A stretch of DNA of 64,000 nucleotides, from positions 2,357 to 66,356 of the forward strand of contig JBPOIB010000009.1 of NCBI GenBank assembly GCA_052034935.1, given 5' to 3'. This document shows, piece after piece, positions 47,040-56,530 of the stretch. Both the position numbers and the translations under genes were made by a program. This DNA comes from Candidatus Moraniibacteriota bacterium. GTDB lineage: Bacteria; Patescibacteriota; Minisyncoccia; Moranbacterales; UBA1568. The notes under the pieces are model-generated. The model made no database searches. It was not told where the DNA came from and saw nothing but the letters and a program-made list of their open reading frames with translations. Within the stretch, counting starts at the first letter, position 1, and each line of letters starts with the position of its first letter.

Positions 47040-48905
47040 ATGATGTTCAATCGGAACAGGTGGGCGTTCGCGCTTACCTGTTTTCTTTTGTTAGCCTTTC
47101 CCCCCATTCTCGCATTGGCACAGGCCCCGGCGGATATGGGCGCAACCGAGCTGATCGAACAGTTTGATGTGGAGATTGTCATCGGGAAGAGTGGGGATAT
47201 CGATGTGACGGAAACCATTCGCTATCGCTTCGGTCCTAGTGAAAAACACGGCATCTACCGCGATATCCCGGAAGACTATGTCACTCCTCTCGGCACGCGC
47301 GAATCGATTTCGCTCTCGATAGAGAGTATCAAAGACGGCGAGGGGAAAAGTGTGTCCTATGAAGAAAGTCATTCAGGAGGAAATCTCCGCATCAAGATCG
47401 GCGATCCAGATCGGCTCGTCTCAGGTGTGAAGACCTATGTTATCCGGTATCGAGCTATTGGGGCCGTCACATTCTTCGAAGACTTCGACGAGTTATATTG
47501 GGATGCAATCGGCACTGATTGGATTGTCCCGATTCAGTCATCTTCAGTCATCGTGCGGACGCTCGAATCGACGACGGATGCACGCTTTGTCTGCTATGTT
47601 GGATCGTACGGAAGTGGAGAACGCTGCGATGTGGGAATTCCACAGCCGCTCGATACGAAGCGCGGGATACGGGCGGCCTGGAATGAACCGCTTCCTGCTG
47701 GTTCCGGTCTTACAGTAGCGCTCGGATTTGCCAAAGGCTTCGTGGTTGAGCCGATGATATTCGTGCGATTAATCCATTTTTTGTCGAACAATCCACTCAT
47801 TCTTCTGCCGTTTGTGGTTTTTGTCTTCATGTTCCGTCGCTGGCGGCGGGAAGGTCGAGATCCCGAGGGTCGCGGCACTATCATGCCGGAGTATGATGTT
47901 CCGTCCGGTCTCACCCCGCTCCATATGGCTGCTCTCCAGGATGGTCGGGTGACCGGGAAAGCGATTCCTTCAGCCATTATTGATCTCGCGGTCAAGGGGT
48001 ATCTCCGCATCGAGCGGATTGCCAAGGATGGTTTCATTTTCGACGCAACGGATTACCGGTTTACTGAAAGTGAGCGGCGACCAGCGACCGGAACGATTGA
48101 GGCTGAACTCATCGAAGCGCTTTTCGGCACGGCCAATCAGAATGTAACCAGTATCAAACAGGTGCTTTCTTCCTCACTAGTGAAATTTCTCCCGAGCACG
48201 CTGAAACAATCAATGGAGGTAATGCTCCTGAAAGAAAATAACAACAGAAAAGAAGACGCTCGGACCGTTGCTGTCGCCGAGCTGAAGAATAAGTTCTATG
48301 CAAAGATACCTGGCCTCCAGAAGCGAGCTATCGCCGACCTGGTCGCACAGAAACTCTATGAAGCCAGCCCGCAGGATGTCTGGGGGAAATACACACTTGC
48401 GGGAGCGGTTATCTTTTTTGGTGCTTTCTTTCTCATTCCCATCCTCAATCTTCAGGGTGCGAGTATCGTAGCCCTCTTCGCCACGATCCCGATCTACGCT
48501 GTCTTTGTCTATCTGATGCCGCGCGTGACTCGTGCTGGCGCGCTGGTGAAGGAGCAGTTGCTCGGACTGAAAGACTATCTCCAGATTGCTGAGAAGAATC
48601 GGCTTGAATTCCACAATGCGCCAGAAAAGACCCCTGAGCTTTTTGAGCGGCTTCTCCCGGCCGCCCTCCTCCTTGGTGTCTCTGACATCTGGGCCAAAGA
48701 ATTCGCTGATATCTCGCTCTCGGAACCGGAGTGGTACCGGAGTGGGAATGGAGCATCATTCTCAGCTGCATCTTTTGCGACTGATCTTGGTGGCTTCAAT
48801 GCCGCTGCGGAATCCTCCCTGGCGTCAGCACCATCGGGCAGCGGCTCGGGTGGCGGTGGATTTTCTGGTGGCGGTGGCGGTGGTGGGGGTGGTGGAAGCT
48901 GGTAA
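47040..48905 (+). CDS. DUF2207-family membrane protein with C-terminal poly-Gly tail
   Basis: signal peptide, DUF2207 architecture, ends GSGSGGGGFSGGGGGGGGGGSW; conserved partner of LemA. Confidence 0.7.
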   Translation: MMFNRNRWAFALTCFLLLAFPPILALAQAPADMGATELIEQFDVEIVIGKSGDIDVTETIRYRFGPSEKHGIYRDIPEDYVTPLGTRESISLSIESIKDGEGKSVSYEESHSGGNLRIKIGDPDRLVSGVKTYVIRYRAIGAVTFFEDFDELYWDAIGTDWIVPIQSSSVIVRTLESTTDARFVCYVGSYGSGERCDVGIPQPLDTKRGIRAAWNEPLPAGSGLTVALGFAKGFVVEPMIFVRLIHFLSNNPLILLPFVVFVFMFRRWRREGRDPEGRGTIMPEYDVPSGLTPLHMAALQDGRVTGKAIPSAIIDLAVKGYLRIERIAKDGFIFDATDYRFTESERRPATGTIEAELIEALFGTANQNVTSIKQVLSSSLVKFLPSTLKQSMEVMLLKENNNRKEDARTVAVAELKNKFYAKIPGLQKRAIADLVAQKLYEASPQDVWGKYTLAGAVIFFGAFFLIPILNLQGASIVALFATIPIYAVFVYLMPRVTRAGALVKEQLLGLKDYLQIAEKNRLEFHNAPEKTPELFERLLPAALLLGVSDIWAKEFADISLSEPEWYRSGNGASFSAASFATDLGGFNAAAESSLASAPSGSGSGGGGFSGGGGGGGGGGSW

Positions 48906-48998
48906 ACAACCCTCGACAGAGGAGAAAACCTGGATTATAATGGGCGGGCACCTCCGGTGCGTGCCTATTCTTTTCTTATCACTTCATATCAAAAACAT

Positions 48999-49886
48999 AT
49001 GGCAACCGCCTATTCGCATAGTACAAAAAACATCGAGCTCACCTGGCTCTACCTCAGCATTTTTTTTATCGGTGTCATCGGAATCGGCTACCTCTTCGCT
49101 CAAATCTACGGCAATAGCGGTATCCTTTATATTGCCGTCGGCTTCTCGGTCATCACCAGCTTCGTTTCGTACTGGTGGAGCGACCGGATCGTCCTTTCCA
49201 TGGCGCACGCGACTCCGGTTGATCGCGAGAGTAATCGGGAAATCTACAATCTCGTCGAGAATCTCTGTATCGCTGCTGGTCTCCCAGTCCCGAAAATCTA
49301 CATCACCGAGGATGCCGCTCTGAATGCATTCGCGACTGGTCGCAATCCGGAGCATGGCGTCATTTGCCTCACAACGGGGCTCTTGGCCCGTCTCGATAAG
49401 GCGGAACTCGAAGGAGTCATCGCTCATGAGCTCTCGCATATAAAGAACCGTGATACGCTCGTCTCAACCATTGTCGTCATCCTCGCCGGCTTCATCTCCA
49501 TTCTCGCTGACATGTTCCAGCACTCGCTCATTTTCCGCGGCCGGGATAATGATAATCGCGGCGGCGGGGCGATGATTATTGTCGGACTTCTGCTTTCCAT
49601 CCTCGCGCCGCTTGCAGCAGTGCTTATCCGGATGGCGATTTCAAGGAAGCGCGAGTTCCTTGCCGACGCCTCAGGAGCACTCCTCACTCGTTATCCGGAG
49701 GGCCTCGCTTCAGCACTCGAAAAGATCTCTGGTGATCCACGTCCGGTCGCAACGGCGAGCGGCGCGACGGCCCATCTCTATATCTCCAATCCATTCAAGT
49801 CGGGGAGTGTCATGAAGCTTTTCATGACCCATCCTCCGGTCGAAGAGCGGCTCGCCGCACTCCGCAACATGAATCTATCGAGATAA
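48999..49886 (+). CDS. htpX: M48-family zinc protease HtpX
   Basis: HELSHIKNRD (HExxH) and downstream Glu; TM N-terminus; ORF-track start 48957 is GTG, first ATG 48999. Confidence 0.8.
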   Translation: MATAYSHSTKNIELTWLYLSIFFIGVIGIGYLFAQIYGNSGILYIAVGFSVITSFVSYWWSDRIVLSMAHATPVDRESNREIYNLVENLCIAAGLPVPKIYITEDAALNAFATGRNPEHGVICLTTGLLARLDKAELEGVIAHELSHIKNRDTLVSTIVVILAGFISILADMFQHSLIFRGRDNDNRGGGAMIIVGLLLSILAPLAAVLIRMAISRKREFLADASGALLTRYPEGLASALEKISGDPRPVATASGATAHLYISNPFKSGSVMKLFMTHPPVEERLAALRNMNLSR

Positions 49887-49943
49887 CCGTCTCCGCACTC
49901 TTTAGAATCCTTTCTTGTCCTGATTCGCTCCCCTTCGCATCCT

Positions 49944-50378
49944 ATGGCCTGGTCAACATTTGGACAGAAGAAAAAGCCGACCACACTCAAAGCGGGGAAA
50001 AGCGGTCGTTATCAGTTCACGCTCCATTCCGAGTACAAGATGCGCGAGTATCATCTGTCCCGCCAGCGAGTGATCCGTATCATCCGCGCGCCGCATCGGA
50101 CTGAAGTGGGTATCGTCGAGAACACGGTCGCGGTCATGCAGCCGGCTTCGACGAAACGCGTCGCCGACAAAGAAACCTGGTCTCAGGAGCTTTGGGTCAT
50201 GTACAAAGTCATGGGCCAAGGAAAGCTGACAAAGTCAAAACTCGAGAAGGCACTCAATCAGTCCGAACTCAAGATCATCTCGGCCTGGCGGTACCCGGGT
50301 GTTTCACCGGAGCGTGACCCCATCCCGGCCGAGATTTTGCAGGAGATAGAGGCCCGAGGTGAAGAAGAAAGAGAGTAG
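49944..50378 (+). CDS. hypothetical protein (144 aa)
   Basis: no recognisable motif; segment RVIRIIRAPHRTE faintly RelE/BrnT-like. Confidence 0.3.
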   Translation: MAWSTFGQKKKPTTLKAGKSGRYQFTLHSEYKMREYHLSRQRVIRIIRAPHRTEVGIVENTVAVMQPASTKRVADKETWSQELWVMYKVMGQGKLTKSKLEKALNQSELKIISAWRYPGVSPERDPIPAEILQEIEARGEEERE

Positions 50379-50514
50379 TTTTGTCATGTAGATTAGTCGG
50401 GTTTACGAACTGGCGCACGGATGGTATATTCGGGATGCCTCAACCGTTGGGACACGCCTGTCTCTTTGGGTAAACCGAGGCAATTTGGGCACAAAGTGCC
50501 TGGGAGAAAGTACC

Positions 50515-50724
50515 ATGGGTTGGTTCTCTACCCCCACCAACGCCGACCATCACAACGATGGCCAGCGTGACGCATCGGATGGCAAGCCGTCCACGCCGCC
50601 GAACAGCGGTTTGGCCGGTGCGGCTGTGCGTTTCGTCCTCGGATCGAGCGATACGGTCCGCGAGATGAACGCCGAAGACCGTGCCTACGAGAAGGGCTAC
50701 AACAATGCCGAGGGCCAGAAGTAG
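50515..50724 (+). CDS. hypothetical small protein (69 aa)
   Basis: SD-like GGGAGA upstream of ATG 50515. Confidence 0.25.
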   Translation: MGWFSTPTNADHHNDGQRDASDGKPSTPPNSGLAGAAVRFVLGSSDTVREMNAEDRAYEKGYNNAEGQK

Positions 50725-50790
50725 GCGTCCTGACGCCCCTTCGAAAGACTGAACCCTACGGCAGCACAGAGAAGTGCTAGGAGGAATCGA

Positions 50791-50883
50791 ATGAAAACAA
50801 CCAAGGAAGAGATTTTCCGAGAGTGGCCCAATGGCGCCCTCGGCTTTTATTTTTCGGCGTTGCTGGAGTTTGTGGCTTGTTAG
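50791..50883 (+). CDS. putative 30-aa peptide
   Basis: strong SD AGGAGG 6 nt before ATG; MKTTKEEIFREWPNGALGFYFSALLEFVAC; followed by terminator. Confidence 0.2.
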   Translation: MKTTKEEIFREWPNGALGFYFSALLEFVAC

Positions 50884-50907
50884 AGCCAATAAATGAATAT
50901 TGTATTA

Positions 50908-50936
50908 AGAAAAGGCTGCGATAAGCCTTTTCTTTT
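50908..50936 (+). terminator. intrinsic terminator
   Basis: AAAGGCT/AGCCTTT stem, 6-nt loop, TTTTCTTTTG. Confidence 0.7.
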
Positions 50937-50970
50937 GGCTTGAATGAGCCATAAACAGCATACTTTATCA

Positions 50971-50999
50971 TTGACGGATATGCTGTTTTGGTGTATACT
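50971..50999 (+). promoter_or_regulatory. sigma70-like promoter TTGACG-17 nt-TATACT (with upstream TG)
   Basis: TTGACG 50971-50976, 17-nt spacer, gTGTATACT 50991-50999. Confidence 0.55.
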
Positions 51000-51054
51000 G
51001 TACTTTCAGTTCCTTAAACGTTTCTTTCACCACCACCCACGAAAGGGGTCTCTC

Positions 51055-51405
51055 GTGACTGTGCAAATCACCCTCGCGATCATGTGCTTCGTCTTCGGCG
51101 CCGTGATCGGCCTCGGCTTCCTCGACCGTTACAGCAACCTCCAACTTCGCAAGATGCCGGGGTCGGTGAAGCAGAAGTGGGCGGCGACCATTCTGGTCGA
51201 AATCATCTTCTTGTTTCCCTATCTGGGACTGCTCTGGATGATGTATGACCCGAAGACCCCACCCCTTGGCAATGTCGGTATGACAGGTTCCTTCATCGCC
51301 ATGGTGATGCTCGCCATGTTCTGCCAGACTGGCGCATGCATGGGCATCTACGCCTTCCTTCACCGGTGGACGTACCAAGAAAACCGCCCAACCTCGGCCG
51401 TCTAG
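51055..51405 (+). CDS. small polytopic membrane protein (116 aa)
   Basis: GTG start 6 nt after GAAAGGGG; 3-4 hydrophobic helices; shares 14-nt pre-start motif ACCCACGAAAGGGG with next ORF. Confidence 0.35.
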   Translation: MTVQITLAIMCFVFGAVIGLGFLDRYSNLQLRKMPGSVKQKWAATILVEIIFLFPYLGLLWMMYDPKTPPLGNVGMTGSFIAMVMLAMFCQTGACMGIYAFLHRWTYQENRPTSAV

Positions 51406-51416
51406 GCCACTTGGCG

Positions 51417-51507
51417 GTTGGGGGATGAATGTCACTGACAAACATCTCCCCTCAACTGGATTTCGAATGAAGCAATTTATTCGAAATCCTGAGAGTTACC
51501 AGTAGCA
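51417..51507 (+). repeat. double-hairpin intergenic repeat, copy 1
   Basis: hairpin A GGGGATG...CATCTCCCC, then CTCAACT, hairpin B GGATTTCGAAT-10 nt-ATTCGAAATCC (11-bp perfect stem), then TGAGAGTTACCAGTAG; ~90% identical to copy 2 over core. Confidence 0.75.
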
Positions 51508-51560
51508 CCTTCCAACCAGTCGGGCCTATCGCCCATCTACACCCACGAAAGGGGAAAAAC

Positions 51561-51896
51561 ATGCCGGCCTATTACAAACTGGCGAACCAGCGCTACTTCC
51601 GGATCGGCGCTCTCGTAGTTGCCATACTTACCAGCATCCTCCTTCTCTGGTTCCTCATCCATCTTTCGAACAAGTGGGCGATGGAGCAGGGAATGACCCG
51701 TGATGCCGCGCTTCGCGAAATCGGATGCATTTCGGAGGAGTTGCACACGTATCACTCGGTGATGCTCGGCCAGGCGGCAGCAACCATCTGGCGCTGTGAC
51801 GGCAAACTGGTCTATGACCAATTCGCCAATGTACTGGTCCGAGCAAACGAAGATGGCGATCCCACCTACTGGCAGAAGCTTCAGGCCAAGAAGTAG
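51561..51896 (+). CDS. small single-TM membrane protein (111 aa)
   Basis: ATG preceded by ACCCACGAAAGGGG motif; N-terminal TM. Confidence 0.35.
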   Translation: MPAYYKLANQRYFRIGALVVAILTSILLLWFLIHLSNKWAMEQGMTRDAALREIGCISEELHTYHSVMLGQAAATIWRCDGKLVYDQFANVLVRANEDGDPTYWQKLQAKK

Positions 51897-51900
51897 CGTC

Positions 51901-51990
51901 ATCGGGAGATGCAATTACAAAGATAACAACATCTCCCCTCAACTGGATTTCGAATGAAGCGATTTATTCGAAATCCTGAGAGTCTCAGTA
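51901..51990 (+). repeat. double-hairpin intergenic repeat, copy 2
   Basis: hairpin A GGGAGATG-18 nt-CATCTCCC; hairpin B GGATTTCGAAT-10 nt-ATTCGAAATCC; trailing TGAGAGTCTCAGTAG. Confidence 0.75.
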
Positions 51991-52038
51991 GTAAACTTTA
52001 CAACCCAATCCTCTCTTCTTTGGCTGGAGACCATCATC

Positions 52039-52944
52039 ATGAACGTGTTCATTCGCACCTCCATCGTTCTTGTTGCCATTGGCCTGTCGGCCTGTGGTAG
52101 TATCCCGCCCGACCCCTACGGCTATGGTGGCTATCACCGTCCAGTCGTGGTCCCTGACCGCCTGGGCTATCAGGTGGAAACCATGCCAGGCGGCCGCTCC
52201 TACGTGGCGGTGCTGAATCCTGATCGCACCTGGACCGTCGATACTGACCGTCCGCTTGCCCCGGGTGTCGCTGCGCCCACCGGCTTCCTGACCGCCTACC
52301 GGGGTCGTGACCAACAATGGCGCATCAACGGCAATGCGGTCCCTGACCGCCTAGTGGTGATGAATCGAGTCCCACAAGGGTTCGATGGTGTCTACCAGCC
52401 CCAGGCTGGTCTGCAGTCGGGCGTTGGTGTCTCGTCTGTCGCTGGCATCAGCGCAGAATCAGCCGCCATGTTGCTCCGTGAGCTCGAAACCGGCGGCAAT
52501 CCGTGCACGGCCAAGAGCCACAACTCGCGCTTGACGGTTGGCAGCGTCATTGGCGGTCTCGTCGGTGTGGTGCTGACGGGCGATCTCCGCGGCCTTGCCT
52601 TTGGTGCCCTCATCGGCGCTTCGGGCGGCTCCAGCGAAGCCAAGTGGAACTGCATGTCGTACACGAGGACCCGCATGGCGCTGCTGTCGGTCATCGACGC
52701 CGCTAAAGCCCGTTGTGAGAGCACGCTCTCGCAACGCGAAGTCAATGGTGTGCTCAGCACTACGAAGACGAAGGAGTGCAAGGCCATCGAGGCCATGGAC
52801 TTCGAACGTATCGGCCAAGGCCAAGCGCAGGCAACGGCGGCCGCTCCGACTCCCGCACCGGCCGCGCCGGTACCGCGTCGCGTTGCCCCAGCTGCCGCTC
52901 GCTCCTGGGATGGGACCGGCACGCCCCCGAGCTGGGTGAAGTGA
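52039..52944 (+). CDS. lipoprotein with glycine-zipper segment and Ala/Pro-rich C-terminus
   Basis: lipobox LSAC after signal peptide; GSVIGGLVGVVLTGDLRGLAFGALIGASGG glycine zipper; locally GC-rich. Confidence 0.5.
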   Translation: MNVFIRTSIVLVAIGLSACGSIPPDPYGYGGYHRPVVVPDRLGYQVETMPGGRSYVAVLNPDRTWTVDTDRPLAPGVAAPTGFLTAYRGRDQQWRINGNAVPDRLVVMNRVPQGFDGVYQPQAGLQSGVGVSSVAGISAESAAMLLRELETGGNPCTAKSHNSRLTVGSVIGGLVGVVLTGDLRGLAFGALIGASGGSSEAKWNCMSYTRTRMALLSVIDAAKARCESTLSQREVNGVLSTTKTKECKAIEAMDFERIGQGQAQATAAAPTPAPAAPVPRRVAPAAARSWDGTGTPPSWVK

Positions 52945-53077
52945 TCCGCTGATCACACCACCGGCCCAATCAACGGCGATTATCAGTACCCCTGACAATC
53001 GTCGTTTTCTTTTTCTCAATTCTTGCAAGAAGAACTTTGTTATACTGAGGGTATTCACTGCATTCGCAATCATACAC

Positions 53078-54502
53078 ATGAAACATACAAAAATTGTCGC
53101 GACGCTCGGACCGGTATCGGGAAACGCAGAAATGATACTTGCCCTCGCTACGGCCGGAGTGAATGTTTTTCGGCTCAATTTTTCGCATGGCGATACGGCT
53201 TGGCGTCTCGCTGCGATCAAAGCAATCCGCGAGACTTCCAGCCGACTCGAACGGCCGATTGCGATCCTCGCCGACCTTCAGGGTCCGCGCATCCGAACCG
53301 AAGTAACCTTTCCGACTGATATCAAAAAAGGCTTTTCCCTCAGGGTCTGTGATCTAGCTGAGCGGCATCGATTTTCGTCCGAGGAGCCAGTCGTTGCACT
53401 CGATACACCAGGAATTCTTGAACGGGTCGCGGTCGGCCATCGAATCCTCATCGAAGACGGACTCATTGGCCTCTCAGTGACGAAAATCGATGGAACAATC
53501 ATCGAGGCACAGGCGGAGAATGATGGCACGATTAAGAATCGCAAAGGGGTTATCCTCCCTGATACGCCGCTTGAACTCCCGGTTCTTTCAGCGAAAGACA
53601 AAGAGGATCTCGCGTTCATTGTCGAACAGGGGATAGAGTATCTCGGTCTTTCTTTTGTCGGTTCGGTAGCCGATATCGAGAGCGTGAAAAAAGAGATGGA
53701 AACACTTGTCGGCCCGGATATGAAGAAGCCCCTCATTTGTTCAAAGATTGAGCGCAAGGTCGCGCTCGAGCATCTCAGCGACATTATTCGAGCAAGCGAC
53801 TCAGTCATGGTGGCGCGTGGCGATCTCGGCATCGAGATGCCGGAAAGCGAAATCGCGATTTTGCAGAAACAGATCATCGCCGAGAGTCTTCGTGAGATGC
53901 GCCCGGTCATTGTCGCGACGCAGATGATGCAAAGTATGGTGAATAACCCGCGCCCGACCCGCGCCGAGGTATCCGATGTCTCGAACGCAGTCATCGATCA
54001 TGCTGATGCGGTGATGCTGTCGGAGGAGACGGCAGCTGGGAAGTACCCGGTTGAGACAGTGGCAACCATGCGGGAAATCATTGAGAAGACCGAAGAGTCG
54101 CCCTTCGATGACCTCTACCAGGCGCTCGCGCTCAATCATCAGTCCGAATACGCGGTGATGGTTCGGAGTGTGTACGAGCTCTCGCAGAGCTTCAAAGTAA
54201 AGGCCGTGCTTGTGCTTTCGGTGAGTGGCTTCACGGCGCGTCTCCTTTCACATTTCCGGCCGGATGCGCGGCTCTTGGTGGCGACGAGTTCGGTCGAGAC
54301 GTGGCGTGAGCTCGCTCTGGTTTGGGGAGTAGAATCGTATCTTTTTGAAGGTGATCAGAATTTCGATACATTGATTGAGCGTTTTATCGAGCACCTCAAG
54401 AAAAAAGAAGTCCTGACTACCGATGATCAAGTGGCGATTTTCTACGGCCGGACACCGGCGCAGGCGACCATGAAACTTGTCGGTATCCGGACTATCCACT
54501 GA
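53078..54502 (+). CDS. pyk: pyruvate kinase
   Basis: MKHTKIVATLGPVS...FRLNFSHGD and downstream PK motifs; 474 aa. Confidence 0.9.
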   Translation: MKHTKIVATLGPVSGNAEMILALATAGVNVFRLNFSHGDTAWRLAAIKAIRETSSRLERPIAILADLQGPRIRTEVTFPTDIKKGFSLRVCDLAERHRFSSEEPVVALDTPGILERVAVGHRILIEDGLIGLSVTKIDGTIIEAQAENDGTIKNRKGVILPDTPLELPVLSAKDKEDLAFIVEQGIEYLGLSFVGSVADIESVKKEMETLVGPDMKKPLICSKIERKVALEHLSDIIRASDSVMVARGDLGIEMPESEIAILQKQIIAESLREMRPVIVATQMMQSMVNNPRPTRAEVSDVSNAVIDHADAVMLSEETAAGKYPVETVATMREIIEKTEESPFDDLYQALALNHQSEYAVMVRSVYELSQSFKVKAVLVLSVSGFTARLLSHFRPDARLLVATSSVETWRELALVWGVESYLFEGDQNFDTLIERFIEHLKKKEVLTTDDQVAIFYGRTPAQATMKLVGIRTIH

Positions 54503-54666
54503 TTGTTACTGGATCCCCCCACGTTCTTTACCGTGATGGAATGCCTCGCGTTTACGAGTGCGATTTATCTCTCTTTTCTCCCTCGCAAAGTACGCTCGTG
54601 GACATCATTTTTTCGGGTGTATACTGGTAGCAGGTAATTAGTAGGCTTTTTAAAGAGTTATTCTCT

Positions 54667-55191
54667 ATGGAAGAAAATGCATCAGCGGGCGCACCTCAGT
54701 CAGAAAATCCGGGTGCTCCGAAGCAAGAAGAAGTGAAGGCGCAAGTCCTCGGTTTCGTCGAAAAGTTTGAGGCGTGGCTCGACGAATACATGGTGGTGAA
54801 GGCCCCGTTCCAGATTCCGATGGGCGGCAAAGAATTCCTGGCGACCATCGCGCCGTATCTCATCATCATCGGCATTGTCCTCTTTGTCCTTTCTCTCCCG
54901 GTACTTCTTGGTTTTGGTGCTATGACCGCTGGTATGGGAATGATGGCAGGGAGCAGCTGGGGATATGTCGCCCTCATCTCGCTTGTTTCGGGTGCGATCG
55001 CGGTCGTACTAGAAGCAAAGGCCGTACCCGGACTCTTCAAGCGGACGCGTGCCTCTTGGCGCCTCGTGTTTTACGCGACCCTGGTTACTTGTGCCGGGAG
55101 CATTCTCTCATTCAACTTCATCGGGGCGGTTATCGGCGGCATCATCGGCTGGTATATCCTTTTCCAGATGAAAGAGCTCTACAAAAACTAG
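54667..55191 (+). CDS. hypothetical polytopic membrane protein
   Basis: 4 hydrophobic helices; preceded by TATACT -10 box at 54620. Confidence 0.4.
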   Translation: MEENASAGAPQSENPGAPKQEEVKAQVLGFVEKFEAWLDEYMVVKAPFQIPMGGKEFLATIAPYLIIIGIVLFVLSLPVLLGFGAMTAGMGMMAGSSWGYVALISLVSGAIAVVLEAKAVPGLFKRTRASWRLVFYATLVTCAGSILSFNFIGAVIGGIIGWYILFQMKELYKN

Positions 55192-55208
55192 TTCGCCTTC
55201 CGTCGGTG

Positions 55209-55243
55209 AAACCCCCCGCTTCTGAAGCGGGGGTTTTCTTTTC
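55209..55243 (+). terminator. intrinsic terminator
   Basis: ACCCCCCGC/GCGGGGGTT stem then TTTTCTTTTCT. Confidence 0.8.
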
Positions 55244-55287
55244 TCCGAAAGTCGGCTAGAATGCTTCCGTTTTCACTCATCACAAAT

Positions 55288-55374
55288 GGAAAGGTGGCCG
55301 AGTGGTTGAAGGCACCGCTCTCGAAAAGCGGCATACCCGAAAGGGTATCGAGAGTTCGAATCTCTCCCTTTCCG
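55288..55374 (+). tRNA. tRNA-Ser (anticodon CGA), class II with long variable arm
   Basis: acceptor GGAAAGG/CCTTTCC, D-arm GCC-GAGTGGTTGAA-GGC, anticodon loop CUCGAAA, variable stem ATACCC-GAAA-GGGTAT, T-arm GAGAG-TTCGAAT-CTCTC, discriminator G; CCA not encoded. Confidence 0.85.
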
Positions 55375-55520
55375 CAGTGAAAGAAGCAGTCGAAGAAAAG
55401 GAGAGGATACCTGACAGCCCTTTCGTGAGGTGCTTATAGGTAGCCCTAGGGAAATTTTCAAAACAGGGTATCCGAAATGGCTTGCTCGTCCGGGTACGGC
55501 TCGAAAAAAGTGCATTAGCT

Positions 55521-56432
55521 ATGAATAGAAAAAAGCTCGCATTGCTCGTAGTCGCCGGGTTAGCGGTGATTTTTGCTTTTTTGGTCGACCAAAAAAAACT
55601 GTCGGAGCCTCAGTTGTCGACTGCGTTTACAAACGAACAGATCGTGGCCATTATCGGGTATGCGGGCGACGCCATGGAGCCTTCGATTTCAAGGGATGGA
55701 CAGTATTTATTCTGGAATAGCCTGAACGACGCCATCAGTACGGGTGTTTATTATGCTAAGCGAATCGATGATGCGAACTTCCAGTTTGTTGGGGAGGTTG
55801 CCAATGTAAACGGAGTTCCGCCTCGCCTTGACGCCGTAGCAAGTATGGATAGTGATGGAAATTTCTACTGGGTTTCGCTACGAAACTACCCGGATATATT
55901 TGAGAATTACCAGCGCGGAAAATTCAGCGATGGTACGGTGACAGACATCGCTCCTGTGAAGGGGGACTTCTACAAAAGAAGTCCCGGGTGGCTTATCATG
56001 GATGCCGAAGTAAGTTCCGATGGTGAACTTCTTTTTTTTGTGAATGCGAAATTTGAAGGAGGAGTATTGCCTGTGGAGTCGATCATCGGCTTTGCACGCC
56101 GGGTTAATGGGGAATTTATCCGAGATGCAAACTCTGACCAGCTATTGCGGAATATTAATACCGAAAAGCATCTCGAGTACGCGCCCTCGCTTTCGGCCGA
56201 TGGAATGGAACTGTTTTTTACCCGAGCCCGAGGAACCGGGATATTCATGAAAACCCATATCTATAGTTCTCGTCGGAACAGCCTTACTGAAGCATTTGGA
56301 AAACCGGAGCCTATCGACATCCGTGGCAATGGTATCGAGGGTCCATCGATTAGTTCTGATGGGCGAACATTGTACTACCACAAGAAAGACGGACAGCATT
56401 TCAGAATTTTCAAAATGACGAGGGATCGGTAG
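55521..56432 (+). CDS. secreted TolB-like PD40 beta-propeller repeat protein
   Basis: signal/TM N-terminus; repeated S-x-S-x-DG-x-x-L-x-F motifs (SISRDGQYLFW, SLSADGMELFF, SISSDGRTLYY). Confidence 0.5.
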   Translation: MNRKKLALLVVAGLAVIFAFLVDQKKLSEPQLSTAFTNEQIVAIIGYAGDAMEPSISRDGQYLFWNSLNDAISTGVYYAKRIDDANFQFVGEVANVNGVPPRLDAVASMDSDGNFYWVSLRNYPDIFENYQRGKFSDGTVTDIAPVKGDFYKRSPGWLIMDAEVSSDGELLFFVNAKFEGGVLPVESIIGFARRVNGEFIRDANSDQLLRNINTEKHLEYAPSLSADGMELFFTRARGTGIFMKTHIYSSRRNSLTEAFGKPEPIDIRGNGIEGPSISSDGRTLYYHKKDGQHFRIFKMTRDR

Positions 56433-56530
56433 TTTTTCCAGGTTTCCTTATCGGAAAACAGAGACCTGTCGTTTTAGAGAAATCGAATGGTGTAAAATAG
56501 AAATCATAATCGACTAAATGAAAGCATAGT

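Noticed and set aside
51417-51990. Interpretation of the two double-hairpin repeats as integron attC sites
   Set aside because: The ends do not match the RYYYAAC and GTTRRRY core sites (they are CCTCAAC and GAGAGTT instead), and no intI is in the window. The repeats are kept as structured repeats of unknown role.
51417-51990. CRISPR array
   Set aside because: There are only two repeat copies. They are ~90 nt long and ~400 nt apart, and they are separated by coding ORFs. No cas genes are present.
55273-55515. ORF on minus strand overlapping tRNA-Ser
   Set aside because: It overlaps a confidently folded tRNA and has no SD, so it is spurious.
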